This document shows, piece after piece, positions 52,926 to 62,299 of a DNA stretch of 64,000 nucleotides; within the stretch, counting starts at the first letter, position 1, and each line of letters begins with the position of its first letter. The translations under genes were made by a program, and so were the position numbers. Under the pieces are notes generated by a model that was given only the letters and a program-made list of their open reading frames with translations, searched no databases and was not told the origin of the DNA. The stretch spans positions 3,488,001 through 3,552,000 of the forward strand of contig OZ241863.1 in NCBI GenBank assembly GCA_965203055.1, given 5' to 3'. Source of the stretch: Spirochaetia bacterium (GTDB lineage Bacteria; Spirochaetota; Spirochaetia; SZUA-6; Bin103).

Positions 52926-53009
52926 GCCGGCGTGATGAAATTGGTAGACATGCCAGACTCAAAATCTGGTGGTGGCAACACCGTCTCGGTTCGAGTCCGA
53001 GCGCCGGCA
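52926..53009 (+). tRNA. tRNA-Leu(CAA)
   Basis: Acceptor GCCGGCG/CGCCGGC, anticodon loop CTCAAAA, long variable arm, TTCGAGT T-loop. Confidence 0.96.
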
Positions 53010-53027
53010 TCTAACCTCCGCTGCCAG

Positions 53028-54710
53028 CTACATCCGCTGCAGGGGTTCGATCCCCAGCAGGGTGAGGCAGTTGGCCAGCACCTGGCGGGTCGCCGCGGCG
53101 AGCAGCAGGCGCGCCTCGCGCAGGGGAGAGGGCGCCTGCAGAATCGGGCAGGCGTGATAGAAGCTGGAAAACTGGCGCGCTACGGCAAAGGTGTAGCCGG
53201 CGATCACGTGCGGGCTGCGCACCCGCAGCGCGCGCGCCACCTGGTCCGGCAATTCGGCCAGCAGCTTGATCAACGCCGCTTCCTCGGGCGCCTGCAGGGT
53301 GGCAAACTCCGCGCCGGCGGGCAGCGGCCGGCCATACTTGCGCAGAATGGAACAGATCCGGGCGTGGCTGTAGAGCAGGTAGGGGCCGCTTTCGCCCTCG
53401 AAGGCCATGGCCGCGTCCCAGTCGAACGTCACCTGCTTGTCGTTGGCGACCCGCAGAAAGGAATACTTCAACGCGCTGTAGGCCACCGCCTTGGCCGCCG
53501 CGGCATCGCCGGCGTGGCCGCGCGCCGCCAACTCGGCGCCGGCCTTGCGCTTGGCCTCGGCCACGAACTCCTCCAGCAGCACCAGGTTGCCCTCGCGGGT
53601 CGACATGGAGCCCTTGCCCAGCAGCACGTAGCTGTAATGCACCGCCGCGGGGGCGGACGCGCCGAGCAGGGCGAGGGCCGCCTCCAGTTGGCGGTGGTAC
53701 AACTTCTGGTCTTCGCCCAGCACCACCAGGTTGAGATCGGCGGCCGCGGCCATCTTGTCCAGGGTGTACGCCAGGTCGCGCAGCACGTAGAGGGAGGTCT
53801 TGTTGCCGCGCGTAATCACCAGCACCGGGTTGCGCGACGGGAGCTCGAAGCCCTCCAGGTCGAGCGCCAGCCGGCCATGCTCATCTTCGAACAGCTTGCC
53901 GGTGGCGCGTAACTGCGCCACGAGCTGCTCGTGGCGCTCCGGCGTCAGGTAGTCGGACTCGTAATCGAAGCGGTCGTAGCGGACGCCCGCATCCCCGAAC
54001 AGCTCGCGCATGCCGCGCACCGAGATGTCGACCACGCGCCGAAACGCCGCGCGGGTCTGCCGGTCGCCGCTCTCGAGGCGCTCCAGCAGCCGGTTCACCT
54101 CCCCTTCCAGCGCGGGGTCCTGCTCCAGCCGCCGGTTGGCGGCGACGTAGACCTCCAGCAACTCCCGGAAGTCGGGCTGCCGGTCGCCAACGCCGGCGAC
54201 CAGCAGCGCGATCTGGCGGCCCACGTCGTTGACGAAGAAGCGCGCCTCCGGGGCGTACCCCTCGAAGCGCAGCAGGCGTACCAGGGTGTCGCCGATCCAG
54301 GCGTTGCGGGCGCGGCCCAGGTGCGGCGGCGCATTGGGATTGATGCTGGTGTGCTCCACCAGCGCGCGCTTGCCGGTTCCCGTGCCGCGCGCGCCATAGC
54401 CGGCGCCCGCGCCGAGGATGGCGCCGATTACCCGCGCCGCCAGCTCACCCTTCGCCAGGTGGACGTTCAGGTAGGGCCCATGGGCCTCCACCTTGGCGAT
54501 GCCGTGCGCCGCCAGGTCGCGTTCCCGCAGGCGGTCGCGAATCCGCTCCGCCAGCGGCACCGGCGCCATGCCCACCTGCCGGGCCAACCGGAAGCAGGGC
54601 ACCGCGTAATCCCCCAGGGCGCTGTCCGGCGGCGTGGACAGCGGTACCTCAACTTCCTGCCCCACCGCCTCGCGCACGAGGCGCACCAGGGTGTCGCTCA
54701 CCTTTCCCAC
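53028..54710 (-). CDS. argS: Arginine--tRNA ligase
   Basis: LGDYA, EHTSINPNAPPHLGRARN, MSTREG and GPYLLYSHARI motifs. Confidence 0.94.
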   Translation of the reverse strand: MGKVSDTLVRLVREAVGQEVEVPLSTPPDSALGDYAVPCFRLARQVGMAPVPLAERIRDRLRERDLAAHGIAKVEAHGPYLNVHLAKGELAARVIGAILGAGAGYGARGTGTGKRALVEHTSINPNAPPHLGRARNAWIGDTLVRLLRFEGYAPEARFFVNDVGRQIALLVAGVGDRQPDFRELLEVYVAANRRLEQDPALEGEVNRLLERLESGDRQTRAAFRRVVDISVRGMRELFGDAGVRYDRFDYESDYLTPERHEQLVAQLRATGKLFEDEHGRLALDLEGFELPSRNPVLVITRGNKTSLYVLRDLAYTLDKMAAAADLNLVVLGEDQKLYHRQLEAALALLGASAPAAVHYSYVLLGKGSMSTREGNLVLLEEFVAEAKRKAGAELAARGHAGDAAAAKAVAYSALKYSFLRVANDKQVTFDWDAAMAFEGESGPYLLYSHARICSILRKYGRPLPAGAEFATLQAPEEAALIKLLAELPDQVARALRVRSPHVIAGYTFAVARQFSSFYHACPILQAPSPLREARLLLAAATRQVLANCLTLLGIEPLQRM

Positions 54711-54834
54711 GGTGGCGCGACCTTACCCAATCGGACCGCGCCGCCACAACAGCAACCGCCAGCCGGCCGGCCGCGGCTTCGATTCAATGGACCGCCGCGG
54801 CGGCGCCATGCTACACATTGGGCGCGGCGCGGAG

Positions 54835-55227
54835 ATGGAACGAGTTACCCGACAACGCAACGTGATTCGCGCCGCCGTGGAGTCCGCCGGGCGGCCGTTG
54901 AGCCCCTCCGAGCTGTATGCCGCGGCGCGCGCCAAGCTGCCGGGCCTCGGCCTCGCCACCGTGTACCGCGCCATCCGCGACCTGGTGGCAAGCGGCTGGC
55001 TGCGGGTGGTGGAGGTACCAGGCGAGACGGGGCGCTACGAGCGCGCGGGGAAACCGCATCACCACCACTTCCTGTGCCGCAGTTGCGACTCGCTGTGGGA
55101 GGTACCCGCCTGCCCTATCGGAATCGAACGACTTGCCCCCCGCGGCTTCGTTACCGAAGACCACGAAATCACGCTGTTCGGGCTCTGCGGCGAGTGCGGC
55201 TCCCGCGGGCCCCGCGAATCTCAGTAG
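54835..55227 (+). CDS. Fur-family metalloregulator (Zur-like by context)
   Basis: TRQR, LATVYR, HHHHFLC..C and G.C..C motifs. Confidence 0.92.
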   Translation: MERVTRQRNVIRAAVESAGRPLSPSELYAAARAKLPGLGLATVYRAIRDLVASGWLRVVEVPGETGRYERAGKPHHHHFLCRSCDSLWEVPACPIGIERLAPRGFVTEDHEITLFGLCGECGSRGPRESQ

Positions 55228-55269
55228 GCGAACCCGCCGCGCGCCCAGCGCGCCCACCCATCCCCATTA

Positions 55270-55299
55270 TTGACCTTGATAATTCATTATCATTATAGT
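55270..55299 (+). promoter_or_regulatory. Sigma70 promoter with overlapping Fur-family box
   Basis: TTGACC-N18-TATAGT; inverted repeat TGATAAT-TC-ATTATCA (55277-55292) in the spacer. Confidence 0.8.
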
Positions 55300-55306
55300 T
55301 GGCGGC

Positions 55307-56479
55307 ATGACAGGTAATGTTGCAACCACCATGGCGGCGCGCGCCTGCGCCGTCGCCTTCGCTCTCGTAGCGGCCCTGGGATTCGCCGAAGGCGAACCGG
55401 AGGCGCGCGGCGATCGGGTGGCGGTCGTCGCCACCACCACCATCGCCGGGGACATCGTCTCCCGGATCGGCGGAGAACAGATCTCCCTGTACGTGATGCT
55501 GCCGGTCGGCTCCGACCCGCACCTCTTTCAGCCAACGCCCCGCGATGCCCGCCAGGTAGCGGACGCAGCCGTCGTATTCATCAACGGCGCCGGCCTCGAA
55601 GCCGAATTCCTGGGCAACCTGCTCACCAACGTCGAACCGCGCCGGTTGGTGGATCTGTCCTCCAATCTGGAGCTCCGGCGTCTGGAGGGCGGGCATGACG
55701 AACACGGGTATGAAGAAGACGAACACGACGAGGGCGAGGAGCACGATCACGACGGCGAAGAACACGACGACGGCGAAGAACACGACGAAGACGAAGAACA
55801 TGACGAAGACGAAGGGCATGATGAAGACGAACATGATGAAGACGAGCACGACGAAGACGAGCACGACGAAGACGAGGAGCACGATCACGACGGCGAAGAA
55901 CACGACGAGGGCGAGGAGCACGATCACGAACATGCGCACGGCGACTTCGACCCGCACGTGTGGATGGACCCGACGCTGATCGCCGCCTGGACGCCGGCAA
56001 TCGCCGCGGCGCTGTCCGAGGCGGATCCCGGGTCCGCCGGCGCCTACGCCGAGCGCGCGGCCGCGCTGGCGGCCGAGCTGCACGAGCTGGACGCGTGGGT
56101 CCGGGAACGGGTCGCCGCGGTGCCGGTGCCGGAACGCATCCTGATCACCGACCACGACGTGCTCGGATACTTCGCCGACCGGTACCAATTCTCGGTTCTC
56201 GACACCATCATCCCGGGATTCAGCACCGCGTCAGAGCCGTCGGCGCGGCACCTGGCGGCGTTGCGCGACGCGATCTCCGAACACGCCGTGCCGGCAATCT
56301 TCGTCGGCCTCACGGTCAGTCCGCGAGCGGCGGAGGTAGTCGCCGAGGACCTGGGCATCGAGGTGGTTTCGATCTACACCGGTTCGCTGGGCGAACCGGA
56401 CGGCCCGGCGGCCACCTACCAGGACTTCATCCGCACCAACGTCGAGCGCATCGTCACCGCGCTTGGCGGCCCGGAGTAG
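55307..56479 (+). CDS. Metal ABC transporter substrate-binding protein (ZnuA/TroA family) with long His/Asp/Glu loop
   Basis: DPH..QPTP, NGAGLE, DPHVWMDP, HD...YFADRY and EPSA motifs. Confidence 0.92.
   Translation: MTGNVATTMAARACAVAFALVAALGFAEGEPEARGDRVAVVATTTIAGDIVSRIGGEQISLYVMLPVGSDPHLFQPTPRDARQVADAAVVFINGAGLEAEFLGNLLTNVEPRRLVDLSSNLELRRLEGGHDEHGYEEDEHDEGEEHDHDGEEHDDGEEHDEDEEHDEDEGHDEDEHDEDEHDEDEHDEDEEHDHDGEEHDEGEEHDHEHAHGDFDPHVWMDPTLIAAWTPAIAAALSEADPGSAGAYAERAAALAAELHELDAWVRERVAAVPVPERILITDHDVLGYFADRYQFSVLDTIIPGFSTASEPSARHLAALRDAISEHAVPAIFVGLTVSPRAAEVVAEDLGIEVVSIYTGSLGEPDGPAATYQDFIRTNVERIVTALGGPE
55695..55940 (+). repeat. Low-complexity coding repeat (HDEDE/HDDGEE units)
   Basis: Imperfect 15-18-nt tandem units, plus a duplicated GAGGAGCACGATCACGACGGCGAAGAACACGACGA block. 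Confidence 0.9.
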
Positions 56480-56496
56480 CGCGGCGGAGTAGCGCG

Positions 56497-56583
56497 GCCT
56501 GCGGTCAGGCGCCGGCAAGGGCACCGGCGTCGGACCGCAGGCGCTGCGCTTCCACCAGCCGGCGGCAGATCGCCGCCGGCTGG
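56497..56583. terminator. Two adjacent GC-rich hairpins between convergent genes
   Basis: GCCTGCGGTC...GACCGCAGGC and CCAGCCGGCGGC-agatc-GCCGCCGGCTGG; no U-tract. Confidence 0.5.
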
Positions 56584-56587
56584 CAGG

Positions 56588-56797
56588 TCAGTCATTCCGA
56601 ATATATCTCATGATTTCGCTCACACACTCGTCCAACGGACGCGAGGCATCCACCTCGAAATGACCAGCCCGCGGCCGCTTGTTCTTCCGTACCCACTCGC
56701 GAAACATGTCCGGCCCCGATTTTCCGCTCTCGTCCGGCGCCCGGCCGACCGGCTCGTTCCAGACATCGACAAACTGACTCGGAAGCGGCGAACGTCC
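56588..56797 (-). pseudogene. Possible C-terminal remnant of a P-loop nucleotide kinase
   Basis: Lower-GC open frame ending HFEVDASRPLDECVSEIMRYIRND*; no upstream part. Confidence 0.4.
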
Positions 56798-56799
56798 CC

Positions 56800-58047
56800 T
56801 CAGACGCCGGTGTAGCGGCGGAAGGCGAGCACGGCGTTGTGGCCGCCGAAGCCGAACGAGTTGGAAAGCGCCGCCTTGATGGTCCCGGAACGGCCCTCGT
56901 TGGGGACGTAGTCCAGGTCGCAGGCGGGGTCCGGCTGCTCGTAGTTGATGGTGGGGGGAAAGAACTGGTCGCGCACGGCAAGCGCGGTGGCCACCGCCTC
57001 CACCGCCCCGGCGGCGCCGAGCAGATGGCCCACCATCGACTTGGTGGAGGACACCTTGAGGCGGGACGCATGGCTGCCGAACACCTGCTTGATGGCCGCG
57101 GTCTCGGTGGCGTCGTTGAGCTGGGTGGAGGTGCCGTGGGCGTTGACGTAGTCCACCTCGTCCGGCGCCAGGCCGCCGGTGGTCAGGGCCATGCGCATGG
57201 CGTTGACGGCGCCGAGCCCCTCGGGATGGGGCGCCGTGAGGTGGTTGGCGTCGCAGGTGGCGCCGTAGCCCGACAGTTCGGCGTAGATCGGCGCGCCCCG
57301 CCGGCGCGCGTGCTCCAGCTCTTCCAGCACCAGGATGCCGGCGCCCTCGCCGAGCACGAAGCCGTCGCGCGCGCCGTCGAAGGGGCGGCTGGCGCGCGCC
57401 GGGTCGTCATTGTACCTGGTGCTCACTGCCTGCAGCACGCAGAACCCGGCCAGCGCCAACGCCGACACCGGCGCCTCGGTACCGCCGCTGAGCATGACGT
57501 CGGTGGCGCCGTCCTTGATCCAGCGGTACGACTCGCCGATGGCGTCGGTGGCCGACGCGCAGGCCGACACCACGGTGTAGGAGGGCCCGTACGCGCCGAT
57601 GCGGATGGCGATGTGGCCGGCCGCGATGTTGCTGATCATCTTCGGCACCAGGAGCGGATGCACCCCCTTCGGCCCGCGCGCGAACAGGTGCTTGAATTCC
57701 AGTTCCAGGGTGTCCATGCCGCCGAAGCCGACGCCCAGCAGCACGCCGGTGCGTTCCGGGTCGAGCGCGTCAGGAGCCAGCCCGGCGTCTTCCAGCGACT
57801 GCATCGCGGCGACGATGGCAAAGCGGGAGAACAGATCCATGCGGCGCGATTCGCGCGACTCCAACACGTGGCGATCGTTGAAGTCGATGATCTCGCCGGC
57901 TACGCGGCTGGAGAAGTCGCCGGCGTCGAACCTGGTCACCGGGCCAATGCCGGACTCCCCCGCCCGCGCCCGTTGCCAGAACGTGCCGGTGTCCTTGCCC
58001 AGCGGATTCACCGTACCGAGGCCGGTGATCACCACTCGCCTGCTCAT
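56800..58047 (-). CDS. fabF: Beta-ketoacyl-ACP synthase II
   Basis: RRVVITGLG, SACAS, NAHGTST, KSMVGHLLGAAG and SNSFGFGGHN motifs. Confidence 0.95.
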   Translation of the reverse strand: MSRRVVITGLGTVNPLGKDTGTFWQRARAGESGIGPVTRFDAGDFSSRVAGEIIDFNDRHVLESRESRRMDLFSRFAIVAAMQSLEDAGLAPDALDPERTGVLLGVGFGGMDTLELEFKHLFARGPKGVHPLLVPKMISNIAAGHIAIRIGAYGPSYTVVSACASATDAIGESYRWIKDGATDVMLSGGTEAPVSALALAGFCVLQAVSTRYNDDPARASRPFDGARDGFVLGEGAGILVLEELEHARRRGAPIYAELSGYGATCDANHLTAPHPEGLGAVNAMRMALTTGGLAPDEVDYVNAHGTSTQLNDATETAAIKQVFGSHASRLKVSSTKSMVGHLLGAAGAVEAVATALAVRDQFFPPTINYEQPDPACDLDYVPNEGRSGTIKAALSNSFGFGGHNAVLAFRRYTGV

Positions 58048-58111
58048 CCGCGTCTCCTCCAGAGGCACCGCATTCTAACCAAACTCCGGCGCGCCAGTCT
58101 CGCCAGCGCCT

Positions 58112-58861
58112 TCAGATCGCCAGGCCGCCGTCGACCTGAATGACCTGTCCGGTGATGTAGGAAGCCCGCTCGCCGGCCAGGAAGCAGATCAGTTCCGCCA
58201 CGTCCTGCGCGCGGCCGGTGCGCTTCAAGGGAATCATCTCCAGCACCGCGCGGCGCGCCTGCTCCGGCATGGAACGGGTCATGTCGGTGTCGATGTAGCC
58301 GGGCGCCACCACGTTGACGCGCACGCCGCGGCCGCCCACCTCCCGCGCCAGGCTCTTCGAAAAGCCGATGATGCCGGCCTTGGAGGCGGCGTAGTTGGTC
58401 TGACCGGGGTTGCCGCGCAGCCCGCTGACCGAAGACAGGTTGATGATTGCCCCCGACCGGGCGCGCAGCATGGCCCGCGCGACCTCGCGCGAGGTGACGA
58501 AGGTGGCCGTCAGGTTGGCCTGCAGCACCGCGTCCCAGGCCTCGCGCCGCATGCGCATGACCAAGCCGTCGCGGGTGATGCCGGCGTTGTTGACCAACAC
58601 GTCGACGCGGCCGTGCGCGTCCAGGACGCCGGCGACGCCGGCGACGATGGCCGCCTCGTCGGTCACGTCGGTCTGCCGCCAGTGCAGCGCCGCGCCGTTG
58701 GCCGCGGCGCGCTGCTGCCACTCGGCGTGGGCCGCCGCCTCGGCCCGCGACCAGTAGTGGACGGTGGCGCCGGCGCGCAGCAACGTCTCCACCACGGCGG
58801 CGCCAATGCCGCGCGAGCCGCCGGTGACCAGCGCGATCTTGCCGTGCAACTCTCTCCCCAT
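58112..58861 (-). CDS. fabG: 3-oxoacyl-ACP reductase
   Basis: TGGSRGIG, NNAGITRDG and NYAASKAG motifs. Confidence 0.93.
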   Translation of the reverse strand: MGRELHGKIALVTGGSRGIGAAVVETLLRAGATVHYWSRAEAAAHAEWQQRAAANGAALHWRQTDVTDEAAIVAGVAGVLDAHGRVDVLVNNAGITRDGLVMRMRREAWDAVLQANLTATFVTSREVARAMLRARSGAIINLSSVSGLRGNPGQTNYAASKAGIIGFSKSLAREVGGRGVRVNVVAPGYIDTDMTRSMPEQARRAVLEMIPLKRTGRAQDVAELICFLAGERASYITGQVIQVDGGLAI

Positions 58862-58880
58862 CAGTTCACCTCAGCTCGGT

Positions 58881-59819
58881 TCACCCGGCGCGCGCCGCGG
58901 CCTCGACCTGCTCCATGGTTCCCACCGGAGTGCACTCGACGCCGCCGGTGTCGAAGCCGCGCAGCAACCCGGTCAGCACCGAACCGGGACCGGTTTCCAG
59001 GAAGCGCCCGTAGCCGGCCGCCAGCAACGACTGTATCTCCGTCACCCACTGCACGCCGGATACGATCTGCTCGACGCACAGGCGCCGCGCCTCGGCGCCG
59101 CTCGCCACCAGCCCCCCGGTGACGTTGGCGTACACCGGCGCCGTCGGATCGCGGAACTCGAAGTTGGCCACCACCTCGGCGAACCGCTCCCGCGCGCGCT
59201 CGATGAGGGGCGAATGGAACGGTCCCGACACCTTCAGCCGCACGAAGCGGCGCGCCCCGGCCGCCGCACACGCCGCCTCGGCGCGCGCCAGTCCCTCGAC
59301 GGTACCGGCCAACACCACCTGGCGCGGGCTGGAGAAGTTCGCCGCGTAGACGCCCTCGCCCGCCTCTTGCAGGGCCGCGCTGACCGCCTCCGGGGCCAGC
59401 CCAACGACGGCCGCCATGCCGGCCCGCCCGCCCGCGGTGTCGGCGCCGCGGCTGGCCTGCTCCATCAGCTCGCCGCGCGCCTGCACGATGCGAAACAGGT
59501 CCTCATGGGCAATCACCCCGGCGGCCGCCAGCGCCGCGTACTCGCCGACGCTGAACCCGGCGTAGCCGTGCGCCGCCACGCCGCGCTCGGCCAGCACCCG
59601 CGCCACCGCCGCGTTCACCAGGGTCACCGCGAGCTGGGTGCGGTTGGTGGCCTGCAGCTCGGCCTCGCTGCCGCGGAACAGGAGCGCCTCCAGATCGATT
59701 CCGGTGGCCTCCGAGGCGCTGCGGAACAGCTCCTTGACGCCGGCGCTGGCGTCCCACAGGTCGCGGCCCATACCGGGGTACTGGGCGCCTTGTCCGGGAA
59801 ACAGAAAGCAGGTCTTCAT
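58881..59819 (-). CDS. fabD: Malonyl-CoA:ACP transacylase
   Basis: FPGQGAQYPGMG, GFSVGEY, RG.LM and VSGPFHS motifs. Confidence 0.93.
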   Translation of the reverse strand: MKTCFLFPGQGAQYPGMGRDLWDASAGVKELFRSASEATGIDLEALLFRGSEAELQATNRTQLAVTLVNAAVARVLAERGVAAHGYAGFSVGEYAALAAAGVIAHEDLFRIVQARGELMEQASRGADTAGGRAGMAAVVGLAPEAVSAALQEAGEGVYAANFSSPRQVVLAGTVEGLARAEAACAAAGARRFVRLKVSGPFHSPLIERARERFAEVVANFEFRDPTAPVYANVTGGLVASGAEARRLCVEQIVSGVQWVTEIQSLLAAGYGRFLETGPGSVLTGLLRGFDTGGVECTPVGTMEQVEAAARAG

Positions 59820-59950
59820 ATTGGTCGGCGGCGGCCAACGCCGCACGGGCGCGGCGCGGAACGTACCACGGCGGCCCCTTGGCGTCAACCACGGCCGCAG
59901 GGTAACAATCTTCCGGTGGGCGCACGGGTGACGCGAAACGGGGCGCGGCG

Positions 59951-61150
59951 ATGACGCGCGGCGTGTATCTGGAGCCGGCGGCGGTGGCGCGCAATCCCGA
60001 GTACGCCGCCAAGCTGGCCGCGGCCGGGGTCGGGATCTTCCTGCTGCGCGCCGGGTTCGATCCGCAGCGCGCCGCGCCGGAGATGGAACGGGCGGTCGCC
60101 GCGGCCGAGCGGCTCGGCGTGGAGGTGTGGCTGCTGGCCGGCACCTGGTGGGGGCACGGCCTCGGCGCCGGCGCCGAAACCATGGCGCTGCCGGCCGAGT
60201 GGCGCGCGCTGGCGCGCCGCGGCCTGCTGGGGGACTATCCCGCCCACGAGCAGCAGTGGCCGATGCGGCCGCCCGGCGGGCGCGCGGACCAAGCCATCGC
60301 GGCCAACCTGGAGCAGCTCGCCCGGCGCTGGGCGCCCCGCGCCATCTGCCTGACCCACGCGCGGTTCCGCCATCCGGCAGCCGTCGGCGGACTGTTCGAG
60401 AGCGCTCCCGGCTGGCCGGCGCCGCCGGCCGCGGCGGCCTGGGAGCGGGTGGCCGCCGCGCTGCGCGGCATCACGCCGCCGCAGTTCGCCGAGTTGAGCG
60501 CCCGGCATGACCTGAGCGGCGCGCTCGACTACCTTGCCGGCCGCGGCGCCGGCGGGGCGAACGGCGCGGCGCCGTTCGCCGACTGGTTCGCGCAGCGCCG
60601 CGCGCGCCTGCAGACCGCGGTGAACGGCCTGCTCGACACGGCGCGCCGGGCCGGCGGTCCGCGCCTGCGCGCCGGGACCAATGCCATCGCCCCGCATGCC
60701 GCGCCGCTCAGCGGCCAGCACTACGGCGAGCTGGCACGGCGCGCAGACTTCGTGCAGCCCTTGCTCGGCTACCTGAACTGGCACGTGTTCCAGTGCGGGG
60801 CGGCGTGGGCGCGGCTGACGCGCCGCGGCGGCGATCTGAGCGAGGAGGACGCGCTGGCCGGGGTGTGGCGGCTGTTCGGACTGGAACCGCTCCACCTGCC
60901 GCGGAGCGAGGCGGAGATGGCCGGCGAAGGCGCCGCGGCGACGATCGAGCAGGTGGCCGGCGCCCTGCTCGACCGGGCGCTGGAGGCCTGCCCCGCGCAA
61001 CGCGTCATGCCGGTGCTGCGCGGCCACGACTGGCCGGGGGCGGTGACGCGCCGCCTGGAGCAACGGGTCCGCGCCGCCGGCTGCCCGGCGGTGTTCTATC
61101 AGGGCACCACCGTGCTGGCCGGGCCGCCGCCGGGGCCGGGGTGGCAGTAG
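59951..61150 (+). CDS. Hypothetical protein (possible TIM-barrel/glycoside-hydrolase-like)
   Basis: 399-aa ORF rich in Trp/His with protein-like composition; no certain motif. Confidence 0.6.
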   Translation: MTRGVYLEPAAVARNPEYAAKLAAAGVGIFLLRAGFDPQRAAPEMERAVAAAERLGVEVWLLAGTWWGHGLGAGAETMALPAEWRALARRGLLGDYPAHEQQWPMRPPGGRADQAIAANLEQLARRWAPRAICLTHARFRHPAAVGGLFESAPGWPAPPAAAAWERVAAALRGITPPQFAELSARHDLSGALDYLAGRGAGGANGAAPFADWFAQRRARLQTAVNGLLDTARRAGGPRLRAGTNAIAPHAAPLSGQHYGELARRADFVQPLLGYLNWHVFQCGAAWARLTRRGGDLSEEDALAGVWRLFGLEPLHLPRSEAEMAGEGAAATIEQVAGALLDRALEACPAQRVMPVLRGHDWPGAVTRRLEQRVRAAGCPAVFYQGTTVLAGPPPGPGWQ

Positions 61151-61218
61151 GAGGTTGCGAACGCGGGGACCGCGGCGCCTCCCCGCCGGGGCCCGCCGGC
61201 GCGCCGGTTGGCGGACAG

Positions 61219-61247
61219 TTGACCGACAGGCGCATTTGCCCTACACT
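61219..61247 (+). promoter_or_regulatory. Putative sigma70 promoter of fabH
   Basis: TTGACC-N17-TACACT. Confidence 0.65.
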
Positions 61248-61314
61248 GCGCCAACTGATTTGCATGTCACACCGGTTTGAGAAATTCCAGCATTAACGTT
61301 CCCGGGGGGAGCTG

Positions 61315-62295
61315 ATGGGAGCAGAGATTCGGTCGCTGGGCGCCTACGTACCCAAGCGGCGGATGTCTAATCACGAATTCGAGGCGTTCCTCGACACCTC
61401 CGATGAGTGGATCCAATCGCACACCGGCATCAAGTATCGTCATATTGCCGACGCCGAAGAGGCACCGTCCGATTTGGGATACCGCGCCGCGGTGCAAGCT
61501 CTGGAGCGGGCCGGGATCGGGCCCGACGAGTTGGGGATGGTGTTGGTCGCGACTGCCTCCGGGGACCACGTCGGGTTCCCGTCGACCGCCTGTATCATTC
61601 AGGACAAGCTGGGCGCCGCCAATTGCGCGGCCATGGACCTGTTGGTGGGCTGCACCGGCTTCGTCTACGGCCTGGAGACGGCCAAGGGGCTGATCGCTTC
61701 CGGCGCGGCGCAACACATCCTGGTGGTGGGCAGTGAGGTGCTGACCCGCATCATGGATTGGAAGGACCGCAACACCTGCGTGCTGTTCGGCGACGGCGCC
61801 GGCGCCGCGGTGGTCTCCCACTCCAACAACGGGCACGGCATCCTCGACTCGTTCCTGCGTTCCGACGGGTCGGGGGCCATGGCGCTGGCGCGCGAGGCAG
61901 GGGGGACGCGCAGCCCCTTCAAGCCCGGCAAGACGAGCCATCGGGAGCTGCTCATCAAGATGGAGGGGCGGCTGGTCTACAACTTCGCGGTGCAGGTCAT
62001 CGTCAACACCGTCACCACCATCCTCGAACGCAACCACCTCACCATCGACGACATCAAGTTCATCGTGCCGCACCAAGCCAACGAACGCATCATCGAGGCC
62101 GCCGCCAAGCGCGGCCGCATACCGCGCGAGAAGTTCTACGTCAACATTGCCGAATACGCGAACACCTCCGCCGCCACCATTCCCATAGCGCTGAACGACC
62201 TGGTGGAAAAGGGACTGCTCGAACGCGGCGACCTGATCATGACCGCCGGCTTCGGCGCCGGCCTCACCTTCGGCGGGAACCTGGTGCGCTGGTAG
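61315..62295 (+). CDS. fabH: Beta-ketoacyl-ACP synthase III
   Basis: [31 protein letters not shown] and GFGAG motifs. Confidence 0.95.
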   Translation: MGAEIRSLGAYVPKRRMSNHEFEAFLDTSDEWIQSHTGIKYRHIADAEEAPSDLGYRAAVQALERAGIGPDELGMVLVATASGDHVGFPSTACIIQDKLGAANCAAMDLLVGCTGFVYGLETAKGLIASGAAQHILVVGSEVLTRIMDWKDRNTCVLFGDGAGAAVVSHSNNGHGILDSFLRSDGSGAMALAREAGGTRSPFKPGKTSHRELLIKMEGRLVYNFAVQVIVNTVTTILERNHLTIDDIKFIVPHQANERIIEAAAKRGRIPREKFYVNIAEYANTSAATIPIALNDLVEKGLLERGDLIMTAGFGAGLTFGGNLVRW

Positions 62296-62299
62296 CGGG

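Noticed and set aside
55695..55940. Repeat array as a possible CRISPR
   Set aside because: It is an in-frame coding low-complexity repeat with no unique spacers and no cas genes.
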